From Escherichia coli (lineage in GTDB: Bacteria; Pseudomonadota; Gammaproteobacteria; Enterobacterales; Enterobacteriaceae), in NCBI RefSeq assembly GCF_003790525.1, contig NZ_CP033633.1: a DNA stretch of 64,000 nucleotides; one strand, written 5' to 3'. Positions within the stretch are counted from its first letter, which is position 1. Every line of letters begins with the position of its first letter. Under the pieces are notes generated by a model, which was given only the letters and a program-made list of their open reading frames with translations, did no database searches and had not been told where the DNA came from. Positions 1-8,531 of the stretch are shown here, piece by piece. The translations under genes and the position numbers were made by a program.

Positions 1-231
1 GGTTGCCGCGTTGTTAGCAGTGATGGCCAGCAGGTTGTAACGGGGGGCGGCAAAGTTGTGAAAGGGCCCCCAGTCAATCATGCCCCACAGTGTGTGCAGG
101 ATCAGGCAGGAGGCGAAGACGATTTCAGGTAAAAAGCGCCAGATGATAATCGCAAAGAGCAGGCATATGGCACCGACGATATACCATATAGCCATTGGAT
201 CTTCGGCGGCAGAAGTCTGTTGGTAAGACAC
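1..231 (-). CDS. hypothetical membrane protein, partial (start inside window, rest beyond left edge)
   Basis: Minus-strand open frame running off the left edge; candidate GTG start at 231 with GGAGGA 7 nt upstream, in-frame ATG at 195; hydrophobic N-terminus AIWYIVGAICLLFAIIIW. Absent from ORF track because no stop in window. Confidence 0.3.
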   Translation of the reverse strand, partial: MSYQQTSAAEDPMAIWYIVGAICLLFAIIIWRFLPEIVFASCLILHTLWGMIDWGPFHNFAAPRYNLLAITANNAAT

Positions 232-567
232 GGGGATTCCTCCATCGATAAATGGATAAATTTCGGGATGAGGCTGAGTGGAATTAATGCGAACAATCGC
301 CGGTAATGACCGGGCAGGGATGAAATAACCAGGGTATTTTCACAGGAACAGCAGAAGGCAGTGAGAGACAGGCACAAAAAAACGACTGGTGAGGTCGGTT
401 TTTTTGCTATTCCGGGGCGGAGTTGGTGACTCTGACCGAAAGGGAAATCACTCTACATCTAACACCATCATAGTAGGCTGCGCTTCTCTTTTTTGCAATC
501 AGAAAAATGACTATAATCGCTCCGTTAGCTCTGTCTGGTGATGCTTCTGCCCTTTAATAAAATATGC

Positions 568-744
568 TCAGGTTAAAAACCGAAAACCTTCCTGCACTTC
601 CTGCGCCTGTTCCCGTGAGTCAAACATGAGCCGGCTTTTCCCCGGAACTCCCCAGGAAATATATTCTACATCCACCCACCATTTTCCGTATTCTTCATAC
701 GGTCCGGATATCACTTTAGTGACAAATGCATCAACCAGGTTCAT
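568..744 (-). CDS. small hypothetical protein, 58 aa, below ORF-track length cutoff
   Basis: ATG at 744 preceded by AAGGTG about 6 nt upstream; TGA at 568-570; hand translation MNLVDAFVTKVISGPYEEYGKWWVDVEYISWGVPGKSRLMFDSREQAQEVQEGFRFLT. Confidence 0.3.
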   Translation of the reverse strand: MNLVDAFVTKVISGPYEEYGKWWVDVEYISWGVPGKSRLMFDSREQAQEVQEGFRFLT

Positions 745-894
745 TTTTACACCTTTCTGTTATTCTGCTTATTACGGCCAGCAAACAGCAAATATTAAAA
801 ATAACGCGGCGGTAAAAATGGCAATTTTTTCCCATACTGTATTTTTTCCATTTATTTGCTTTGAAATGTTTTTTTGCTTCATATCAGTAAATGA

Positions 895-1386
895 TTATTT
901 TTTATTCTGTTTCCTCCAGGCCCATGGTGGCACCGGATTTTCATCTGCCCATAATCCCCGTTTAAGGGCACGGGCATCGCGCTGGAGAGCCGGGAGAGTA
1001 TAGTCCTTGTTGTAGTCCGGGTATACCCAGGCCGCTCCCTTCCTGATTTGCTCACGATTCGCTTCAGTGCCGTCAGCGGTATAGACTCTGCCGAGAATAC
1101 GGTTATATCTGTCGGTCTGTAAGTATTGTACGGTTACAGGCTTACCGGCCACCAGGTCTTTTAACTGAGAGGCAGACCAGCGTCCAAAGGGCTGTTTCTT
1201 TTCCGGTGCATCAATATTTGCCAGGCGGACCCTGACAGTTTTTTTATCCTGTAATATTTCCAGTGTATCACCATCAAGAACGCGGATAACGTTTCCCTGA
1301 ATCTGTGCAGCGCAGAGGGAACCTGAAAAAATAATAGCGAGAGAGAACATATATTTTATCATTTTATTACATCCTTTTTTATTCAT
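895..1386 (-). CDS. nuc: secreted thermonuclease (staphylococcal-nuclease fold, plasmid Nuc-like)
   Basis: Translation has SNase-like motifs (VLDGDT, RLANIDAPE, DRYNRILGRVY) and a signal-peptide-like N-terminus MIKYMFSLAIIFSGSLCAAQ; true start may be the internal Met at 1362 or 1350. Confidence 0.7.
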   Translation of the reverse strand: MNKKGCNKMIKYMFSLAIIFSGSLCAAQIQGNVIRVLDGDTLEILQDKKTVRVRLANIDAPEKKQPFGRWSASQLKDLVAGKPVTVQYLQTDRYNRILGRVYTADGTEANREQIRKGAAWVYPDYNKDYTLPALQRDARALKRGLWADENPVPPWAWRKQNKK

Positions 1387-1526
1387 GAAAAACAGGCGGC
1401 GTTTATATTACGGAATAATATCGTTAAGTTGAGTTTATGTTTCCGGTAATGTAATGCTTCACGCAGAGCATGAATTCCAGTAGGCTAATATTCATGATGA
1501 TATAGTAACAGATATCCGGTGACAGT

Positions 1527-2150
1527 ATGCAGGAACATATTGATTATCAGATTGAGAAATATCAGTTCAGGGCCAGGAATGAGTCTCCGCGACTGATGCG
1601 CCAGTGGGCAGATGTCATGCGTGAATGCCGTGATACCGGAGCAGGAGCCAGGGAGCGGCTGCGGATTGCCTTACTTAATGTTGATTATGTGACCAGTTTT
1701 GAACTGCCGTTTCGTCTGCTGTTAACCCGGACACCGCAGATGATTGACAGCGTGCGGCGGGAATGGCAGCTCAGCCAGAAAAAAGTCGTATTCAATGAGC
1801 GGCAGCGGGGATGTGTATACAGTCTGCAGAATGACTTATCCGGCGTGCCGGATAGCTTCAGTTACAGTCTTGCGACGCGAATACGGCGGGTGGACAGCTA
1901 TGGCATGACGACGCGTTGTTTCACTGATATAGCCGGGCAGGTTAAAGCCCCGACAGCACGGCTGAAACTGGCGCTGGAAAGCGGGTTAATTGTCACCGCG
2001 CTGGATGGTCTGTTCTGGCTTGGTATTCAGCGTATTGCCGCAGATGTGCAGCGGCTGCGTCAGTCCGGAATGACAATCATCACCCGGGATGTTGAGGTCT
2101 CAGACTCGCTGACCGGAACCACACGGGTTGTTTCCGGGTACAGCCTTTGA
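1527..2150 (+). CDS. hypothetical protein, 207 aa
   Basis: Long ORF with protein-like composition; no family recognised by eye; converges on and overlaps the 3' end of the minus-strand small-gene operon. Confidence 0.4.
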   Translation: MQEHIDYQIEKYQFRARNESPRLMRQWADVMRECRDTGAGARERLRIALLNVDYVTSFELPFRLLLTRTPQMIDSVRREWQLSQKKVVFNERQRGCVYSLQNDLSGVPDSFSYSLATRIRRVDSYGMTTRCFTDIAGQVKAPTARLKLALESGLIVTALDGLFWLGIQRIAADVQRLRQSGMTIITRDVEVSDSLTGTTRVVSGYSL

Positions 2151-2351
2151 TTTATGCAACAAAGTATCGCAGCGTCGAATATGAGCTATGGCCAGATTTT
2201 TGTTAATCGTGGTTGTTGCAACATGTAAGGCGAATGACCACACTATTCCGGTACGCTCGTAATCACGCTGAAATTCTGCTTCCTGTCCTGCCGTGATGAG
2301 TTCCGACCAGGACATACGGCGAAGTGTATGTCTGTCAGTAATATCCGTCAT
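2100..2351 (-). CDS. hypothetical small protein, 83 aa
   Basis: Last gene of a run of four small minus-strand ORFs with 4-bp start/stop overlaps (translational coupling pattern). Confidence 0.25.
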   Translation of the reverse strand: MTDITDRHTLRRMSWSELITAGQEAEFQRDYERTGIVWSFALHVATTTINKNLAIAHIRRCDTLLHKSKAVPGNNPCGSGQRV

Positions 2352-2563
2352 GAGCTCTCAGCCTCCTCCTTCGTATTTCCGTCAGAAACACAAACGCCCC
2401 GCAGAGAAAATTCGCCAACATTCTCCTTTTTAATGGCGCGCAATGCATCGCGGCAGGCCCGTTCGGTATGAAAGGCCTGGCTGTGCACCGCCAGTGTGGG
2501 CTGACGGGCATCACCGGAAGAGACATTAAAGGGCGATGAAAGCCAGAAAATCAGTAGCCACAT
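2348..2563 (-). CDS. hypothetical small protein, 71 aa, hydrophobic N-terminus
   Basis: Coupled ORF in the same small-gene operon; N-terminus MWLLIFWLSSPF looks signal-peptide or TM-like. Confidence 0.3.
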   Translation of the reverse strand: MWLLIFWLSSPFNVSSGDARQPTLAVHSQAFHTERACRDALRAIKKENVGEFSLRGVCVSDGNTKEEAESS

Positions 2564-2566
2564 GCG

Positions 2567-2950
2567 TCACACCTCGTCCTTTTTATGCGGGTATCTGGAC
2601 AGAATATTGAGCGCCTGTAATGGCGCTTCATGCATTTCACGGATACAACGGGCATCGGTGATATTTTCCCGGTAATGTGTGGTTTCCAGCATCATATGAT
2701 GCATATGGAGCATCCGGGCCAGGGCTGCGCGGAGTTCTTCAATATGTTGTTCATGGGAATGCTGGCGGGGCTGTATCCGGCAGAGAGGGATAACCTCCAC
2801 ATCATCCGGGTGCGCGCGAAGCCACGCGTCAGTGACTGCAATGTCGTCAGTGTAAAACCATGTGCCGGATGTCCCGTTGGCCAGAAAACGCATTTTCCAG
2901 GCTTCTGGGGTGGCGGTTGTGTTGTTATCTTTCATGGTGCCACCACTCAT
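2567..2950 (-). CDS. hypothetical protein, 127 aa
   Basis: Protein-like ORF (WFYTDDIAVTDAWLRAHPDDVEVIPL); competing plus-strand ORF 2630..3031 is Cys/His-rich and looks like a shadow frame. Confidence 0.35.
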   Translation of the reverse strand: MSGGTMKDNNTTATPEAWKMRFLANGTSGTWFYTDDIAVTDAWLRAHPDDVEVIPLCRIQPRQHSHEQHIEELRAALARMLHMHHMMLETTHYRENITDARCIREMHEAPLQALNILSRYPHKKDEV

Positions 2951-3138
2951 TCAACAGGCTTAATGCTGTCCAGGCGCAGTCTGCTCAGACTGTCGTGGCT
3001 GCCACAGCGGCGTCCAGTGCTTTTGCTGTAGCACTCCTGCCCCCTGATACACCATGCCGTTGGCGTTTCGTAGAGGCTGACACGTCGGGTTTTATCTTTA
3101 ATGATGAGAAGCCCGGTGTAAGTTTTTGTCTTTTTCAT
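2947..3138 (-). CDS. hypothetical small protein, 63 aa
   Basis: First ORF of the coupled small-gene run (4-bp overlap with next gene). Confidence 0.25.
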   Translation of the reverse strand: MKKTKTYTGLLIIKDKTRRVSLYETPTAWCIRGQECYSKSTGRRCGSHDSLSRLRLDSIKPVE

Positions 3139-3234
3139 CGGTGGGGTACAAACGCAGAAATTTTGTTGTCATTACATCATCAGTTTTAGCCTGCAGAGAC
3201 GCTGAAAAATCAGCGTTTTCAGACCCTGTTCAGG

Positions 3235-3477
3235 TTAGTGAATATTCTTGCCTGGCCTTTCGGCAATATCAATCCCCTGGAGTTGCATGGATATGCCCAT
3301 ACCGTTGACCATGAGGCTGTTTATGGACTGAACACCACATTTCATCATGAGCTCAAAACACAGTGCGCTGAGCATGCCGAGCGCCTCTTCTGAGGACTGG
3401 CAGTGTGTATTCAAAAGAGTATTGAACTGTTTAACGATATCCGGGGTGAGGCACATACTTTGTATTTCGTCTTTCAT
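3235..3477 (-). CDS. small hypothetical protein, paralog A of a duplicated small-gene family
   Basis: ATG at 3477 with AAGGAG about 5 nt upstream; shares motif DIVKQFNTLLNTHCQSSEEALGMLSALCFELM with the ORF at 4011..4193; preceded by a conserved ~420 bp repeat. Confidence 0.45.
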   Translation of the reverse strand: MKDEIQSMCLTPDIVKQFNTLLNTHCQSSEEALGMLSALCFELMMKCGVQSINSLMVNGMGISMQLQGIDIAERPGKNIH

Positions 3478-3615
3478 GACTACTCCTTATTTCAGGCATT
3501 TTGCATTTTGGGTTAATAACACGAAGCCCGTAGACGGAAAACCTGAGGCGTTCGGATGGGATAATTCCCGGGTATTTTCCTGTTCCGGATACAAAAAATA
3601 TAACGGCATGAAAAG

Positions 3616-4035
3616 GATTGTGGCGGACAGGAAAACAATTAGAATAGCTGCGGGCGCTTGAGGCTGTATGCCGAAAGCGTTTTGTGGACGGCATGCAGCA
3701 GAAAGCCCCAGGCGATCTTTTTATCAATCAACCCAGGGCCCACTGTAATGCCTCAACAACATTATAGTAGCCCGATGACGGCCGAAAGGCAATGGAGGGG
3801 CTGCGATGCCACAACGAACGTTTTTAATAATGTTAATCGTCGTCTGTGTGACGATACTGTGTTTTGTCTGGATGGTGAGGGATTCGCTTTGCGGATTTCG
3901 TATCGAGCAGGGAAATACGGTGCTTGTGGCAACGTTAGCCTACGAAGTTAAACGTTAACGGGCAACACGGCGGCAGGACATCTGCCGCCGGATTGTTGCG
4001 AAGGCTGACCTCAATGCGCCTTGTTTGTCTTTTTT
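3616..4035. repeat. direct repeat copy 1 (~420 bp, ~95 percent identical to copy 2), non-coding element upstream of small gene A
   Basis: Aligned by eye against 4336..4755 (offset 720 bp); contains hairpin CGGCGGCAG-GACATC-CTGCCGCCG and a TATAAT on the minus strand; plus-strand ORF 3658..3951 inside it looks non-coding (Cys/Trp-rich). Confidence 0.8.
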
Positions 4036-4193
4036 ACCGGACGATGGATCCCACTCCTCCTCATCAGTTCGTAGCAGAGTGTACTCAGCATGGCAAGTGC
4101 AGCTTCTGATGATTTACAGTGTGTATTCAGGAGGGTAAGAAATTGTTTAAAAACATCAGGGTTTATACTGGTGCTTTGATATTCGTTACTCAT
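4011..4193 (-). CDS. small hypothetical protein, paralog B (about 60 aa from internal ATG of track ORF 4011..4313)
   Basis: ATG at 4193 with AAAGGAAA upstream homologous to the paralog A start region; motif DVFKQFLTLLNTHCKSSEAALAMLSTLCYELM; its stop codon lies at the edge of repeat copy 1. Confidence 0.45.
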   Translation of the reverse strand: MSNEYQSTSINPDVFKQFLTLLNTHCKSSEAALAMLSTLCYELMRRSGIHRPVKKTNKAH

Positions 4194-4335
4194 AGTATTT
4201 CCTTTCAGGTCATTATTACTTCCGGATTTAACATGATGTCTGTAACCATAAAATAATGAACGTGTTCCGGGAGTCATTGCCGTGTAGTTTCCCGTAAAAA
4301 TACTGTTGTGCATTACATGTCATTAGGTGGAAACC

Positions 4336-4755
4336 GATTGTGGCAGACTGAAAATCGATTAGAATAGCGGCGGGCGCTTGAGGCTGTATGCTGAAAGCGT
4401 TTTGTGGACGGCATGCAGCAGAAAGCCCCAGGCGATTTTTTTATCAATCAACCCAGGGCTCTACTGTAATGCATCGACAACATTATAATAGCCCGATGAC
4501 GGCCGAAAGGCAATGGAGGGGCTGCGATGCCACAACGAACGTTTTTAATAATGTTAATCGTCGTCTGTGTGACGATACTGTGTTTTGTCTGGATGGTGAG
4601 GGATTCGCTTTGCGGATTCCGTGTCGAGCAGGGAAACACAGTGCTTGTGGCAACGTTAGCCTACGAAGTTAAACGTTAACGGGCAACACGGCGGCAGGAA
4701 ATCTGCCGCCGGATTGTTGCGAAAGCAAACCTCAATGCGCCCTTTTTTACCTGGA
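4336..4755. repeat. direct repeat copy 2 of the ~420 bp conserved element
   Basis: Near-identical to 3616..4035 with a few substitutions and a 1-bp indel near its end. Confidence 0.8.
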
Positions 4756-4992
4756 TTTCTGCAGCGCGTTTCAGCATAGCATGCAGTTCTGTGCTGATCC
4801 TTGCTTCCAGTCGGGCAGTTTGTGTTGCAGATGGCATGATTTGTACTTCCTGAATATACTGAACGGCAAATTGCCGTATTGTGCTAATTACAGTCTGATA
4901 CAGGGACGGCAGACAGGCATTCTGCCTGAAAAGAAAAAGCCGGTTCAGAGAAAACCGGCTGACGGATTATCGTCTAACAGTTGATAGCTACC

Positions 4993-5637
4993 TCAAAATA
5001 CTTCTGCAACAGGAACACCGGCAACTTTTTCCCACTCTTTAACCCGATACCGGATCATCTGCGGGAAACGTTCCTTGTACTCATATCCACGTGCAGCCAT
5101 GGTGTGCATGGTGTTGGCCAGCGTCCTTGCTGAGATGCCGGAGATCTCAAGAGGAATCATCGGCAGACTCACATAGGTGGTGTGGATTTCCAGCTTGCCG
5201 TCTTCAGCAACTGTTCGGGTGAAGTTGTGAATATCCAGACCAATCACATCCATCACATTGTTTGGATAAATACGCACATACAGCATGGTGCCGTTTTTAA
5301 TGTCGATCCCGAAATAACAACTCTTTGAGAATGACAGTTGCTCGTAATCGCTGGTCGGCGCAAAGGGACTGCTTTCTTTTATCTTCTTAACAACCTGCAG
5401 GATTTTCTTTTTCTTCGCTCTGGTTTTCAGATATAGCCAGAGTAATGGGATTATGAGTAACGTCCAACTTCCATATGCATATATATAATCATATTTAGTT
5501 GAATAGATATCTAGACTTAATGCTGTAAAAGCAATGGCACAAAAAATTAAAAATGGAACTCCAAATAAAAAATAAGCGTTGCGGACAAGGTAATAATATG
5601 CCCACCAGGAAGGATATCTGCTTTTTTGTTCATTCAT
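4993..5637 (-). CDS. membrane protein at the position of entry-exclusion gene excA (downstream of traY)
   Basis: 214 aa, two N-terminal TM segments then a Lys-rich linker and soluble domain; AT-rich N-terminal half; identity as ExcA is by position and size only. Confidence 0.4.
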   Translation of the reverse strand: MNEQKSRYPSWWAYYYLVRNAYFLFGVPFLIFCAIAFTALSLDIYSTKYDYIYAYGSWTLLIIPLLWLYLKTRAKKKKILQVVKKIKESSPFAPTSDYEQLSFSKSCYFGIDIKNGTMLYVRIYPNNVMDVIGLDIHNFTRTVAEDGKLEIHTTYVSLPMIPLEISGISARTLANTMHTMAARGYEYKERFPQMIRYRVKEWEKVAGVPVAEVF

Positions 5638-5723
5638 AATAAACCTCCATATTCACCTGGTTGTATTTTAATATCACCAGGCGAATATGGCAATGCTTTT
5701 TATTTGTTTTTGATGTTTTTACT

Positions 5724-7889
5724 CTATTGTTTTATTCCATCCTTATCATTCCTATTAATATTTTTTAGTTTCTCTTCACGAACGCCAGGTGTTCTGCGTA
5801 TATTGGTGTTTCCGCCGGCAATAATATCTTTGACGGAAGAAACCATATTCCCCAGCATATTAACTCCGTCACGTCCGCCCAGGAAATTAATCACATGGTC
5901 TGGCAGATAAGCCTGAAGCGCAAAAACGCCCGCAACCAGTGTGGTACATGCGCGGGCATAAATCATCAAAAATCCCGCCACGCTGAACACGCCTGTTACT
6001 GAACTTACTTGGACATTCATCAGCGCAGCAGCAAACAGTGCATTCAGTATTGTGCCGCCGGCCACGATGGCGACCGATGCAAAAAAGAACCCGAAAACCA
6101 TCAACAGAGGCCTGATCATGCTGTCTATCAGGTAGATGTAACCGTAAGCAGCCCGGCTTCCCCGGTCCTGGCTTGTTCCCAGATGGGTGGCAGCCCACAG
6201 GGGGCCGGCGGCACATCCAATCAGCACGCTGACTATCCAGTTGCCGATGCCGGTCATCCAGAAGATAAACGGAATAAACGGCAGGTAAATGGATAACGAA
6301 AAACCGGCACAGAACAGCAAAAACAGCAGGAAGTAGAGCGGTGGTGCGGAGGCTTCCAGAAAAGCCTTTGCGGCGTCAGATAATCCACTAACGGCATTGA
6401 CCAGTCGACCAAAAATGGAGTTGCTGCCGGCAGAGGAAAGCACCCTGACGGTGGTATAACCCGCCCAGATGGTCTCGGTTGTTACCATTGTGTAATCACC
6501 GATATCCTTCATCTTCAGCAGAGGATTTGCCTGATAGGATGTAGTTCCTGTACTAGAATATACAGTTGCGATTTTATATGTCAGTTTCGTAAAGTCCGGT
6601 GACATTAACTTTATAATTGCACTTTGTGGATCATTTGTATTGGCAGCATATATCTCATCAGAAGATGTTAGATTTCCCAGCGCAGGAGTATATGGTGAGT
6701 TCTGCAACTGTGCCTGGTAAGCTCCTCTGACTTCCTTCAGGAACTCAGTATCTCCGGCTTCGCCCTGCGATGAAACTCCACTCACAGTGGGGGCACGGTC
6801 GGCCAGTTCTGCCAGTCGCTGGTTGGCGGTGGCAAAGGTCTGGTACCAGGCCCCCAGGGCAACCCAGCCGTAGGTGGTCAGGTAGGATTTCAGCTGCTCC
6901 CTGCGCTCAGTTTCTGCGTTATCTGTTGGCAACGCCTTCTGCACCGTTTCTTCATACCGGTTGGCAGCCTTCTGAATACGGCTTTCAATATCCGGCAGGT
7001 TGCCGTTACCCGTGTCGCGCCGGGTCCGGTACGCTGACACAAATTCCTGTGCTGCGCTGTCCAGGTCACGGAGCATGGTATCCATGGCAGACCGTTGTGC
7101 CGTCAGGACTCCCTGATACTCCGTTTCAATGAAGGGATTGAAAAAATAGTCCAGCGCGGACTGGTTGTTGCTGCCATTCCCTTTCACGGTGAGACTCACA
7201 CTCCCGCAGGTGGCACTGCCATTTGAAACGGTGACGGTATACCTGCCGTTCTCTGTCCGTGAGGATTCGCTCATGGGGGGCGTTGATGAACGGGCAGTAC
7301 GGTTAAAGTCATCGAGGCCTGCATTCATGGCGTGTTTGCACAGCGCCATCTCCAGTATTCCCCGTGCTGCCGTGCGGGTGGAGACATGAACTGGCTGTAC
7401 GGTCATTGAATAGCCTTCAGCAATGTTTTCTGCCGCTGTCTGAACCATGATATTGGCGGAACCGATGCCCATGATGGATGCGCCCCACAGCATGACCAGT
7501 TGCGCCAGACTCCAGCCGGAAGCGGTGGGCACAATCATCAAAAATCCACTCACGACACTGAGTATGCCGACGACGTCCCGTCCGTTGTTAAAGACACTGC
7601 CCTGGTGGCCGGTGCGGACAACATGACGGATACCAATAAACAGGAACCAGACTATCCCCATAATGGCGATAATTGCGTTAAACACCATGAACAGGTTGCC
7701 GATAATGGTGTTGCTGCTGGCTGTCAGGGGATTTGTGACCACGTCGCCAAAAATGGTGACCAGTGCCTGGCGCGACAGGTCATCCGGATTGGTGGCGGCG
7801 CTCACAATGTCCTGATAGGTGACGAATGCCTGTGCAGGTACGGCAGCCAGCGCCAGACCCGCACTCAGTGCTCTGGGTATGATTTTCAC
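5724..7889 (-). CDS. traY: conjugal transfer integral membrane protein TraY (DotA-like)
   Basis: 721 aa polytopic membrane protein with signal peptide, last large gene of the tra array; size and position match R64 TraY. Confidence 0.7.
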   Translation of the reverse strand: MKIIPRALSAGLALAAVPAQAFVTYQDIVSAATNPDDLSRQALVTIFGDVVTNPLTASSNTIIGNLFMVFNAIIAIMGIVWFLFIGIRHVVRTGHQGSVFNNGRDVVGILSVVSGFLMIVPTASGWSLAQLVMLWGASIMGIGSANIMVQTAAENIAEGYSMTVQPVHVSTRTAARGILEMALCKHAMNAGLDDFNRTARSSTPPMSESSRTENGRYTVTVSNGSATCGSVSLTVKGNGSNNQSALDYFFNPFIETEYQGVLTAQRSAMDTMLRDLDSAAQEFVSAYRTRRDTGNGNLPDIESRIQKAANRYEETVQKALPTDNAETERREQLKSYLTTYGWVALGAWYQTFATANQRLAELADRAPTVSGVSSQGEAGDTEFLKEVRGAYQAQLQNSPYTPALGNLTSSDEIYAANTNDPQSAIIKLMSPDFTKLTYKIATVYSSTGTTSYQANPLLKMKDIGDYTMVTTETIWAGYTTVRVLSSAGSNSIFGRLVNAVSGLSDAAKAFLEASAPPLYFLLFLLFCAGFSLSIYLPFIPFIFWMTGIGNWIVSVLIGCAAGPLWAATHLGTSQDRGSRAAYGYIYLIDSMIRPLLMVFGFFFASVAIVAGGTILNALFAAALMNVQVSSVTGVFSVAGFLMIYARACTTLVAGVFALQAYLPDHVINFLGGRDGVNMLGNMVSSVKDIIAGGNTNIRRTPGVREEKLKNINRNDKDGIKQ

Positions 7890-7961
7890 GATAACTCCGG
7901 AACCGAAGGGATGCAGGGCATCAGCCTCCGGAATGAGGAAAAGGAATTGCAGACCGGACGG

Positions 7962-8531
7962 TCAGTACTGCCGGTGGGTAATGGCCAGCCATGTGGCCTG
8001 TTTCCAGCCGTGCCGGGCCTGCAGGTAATCGGGGAAGGTGCCCTGTTCGTCCTCGCTGACCCGCCGTTCATTCAGTTGCCAGAGGCGGTATGACACAATC
8101 AGGGTTTTTGAGGCACACAGTGCTGCAATGGCACTCATCAGTAACAGGCAGGCCAGTATACGTATCAGGGTGATGGCCGGAAGCGCTGTGGCAGCAAGGG
8201 CCATGCCGCACAGCAGAAGTACCGGTATCATCATCAGCCAGAATCCTGTCCGCCAGAACATCCTGCGACGTCGCAGACGCCGATCCAGTTCGTTGACCGT
8301 AAGGCCGCTGGCCCTGACGGCTTCTTCCCAGGTCATACAGACCGGACTCTCCGGTTGCCGGTCGGGCATGAGGCGCTTCAGGCGCGTTTTATGCTGGCCC
8401 AGCATATGGCGGCAGCTGCGCAGCATCCACCGGGTTTCGGCCAGTGGTGCGAACAGGTTTATCCCGATGTCACCGATGCGGCGGAGACGGGGGGCCGGTT
8501 TTTTTTTGTCGGTGCTGTTGTCGTCTTTCAT
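7962..8531 (-). CDS. traX: conjugal transfer membrane protein (TraX by position)
   Basis: 189 aa, basic N-terminus then two TM segments; position between traW and traY. Confidence 0.45.
   Translation of the reverse strand: MKDDNSTDKKKPAPRLRRIGDIGINLFAPLAETRWMLRSCRHMLGQHKTRLKRLMPDRQPESPVCMTWEEAVRASGLTVNELDRRLRRRRMFWRTGFWLMMIPVLLLCGMALAATALPAITLIRILACLLLMSAIAALCASKTLIVSYRLWQLNERRVSEDEQGTFPDYLQARHGWKQATWLAITHRQY

Noticed and set aside
102-377. Minus-strand 91-aa track ORF at the left edge
   Set aside because: Low-complexity translation that overlaps, in another frame, the more plausible edge membrane-protein gene with a GGAGGA-GTG start at 231.
3658-4672. Plus-strand ORFs 3658..3951 and 4388..4672 inside the conserved ~420 bp repeats
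   Set aside because: Translations are Cys/Trp-rich and not protein-like. The conservation is better explained at nucleotide level, although a coding role cannot be fully excluded.
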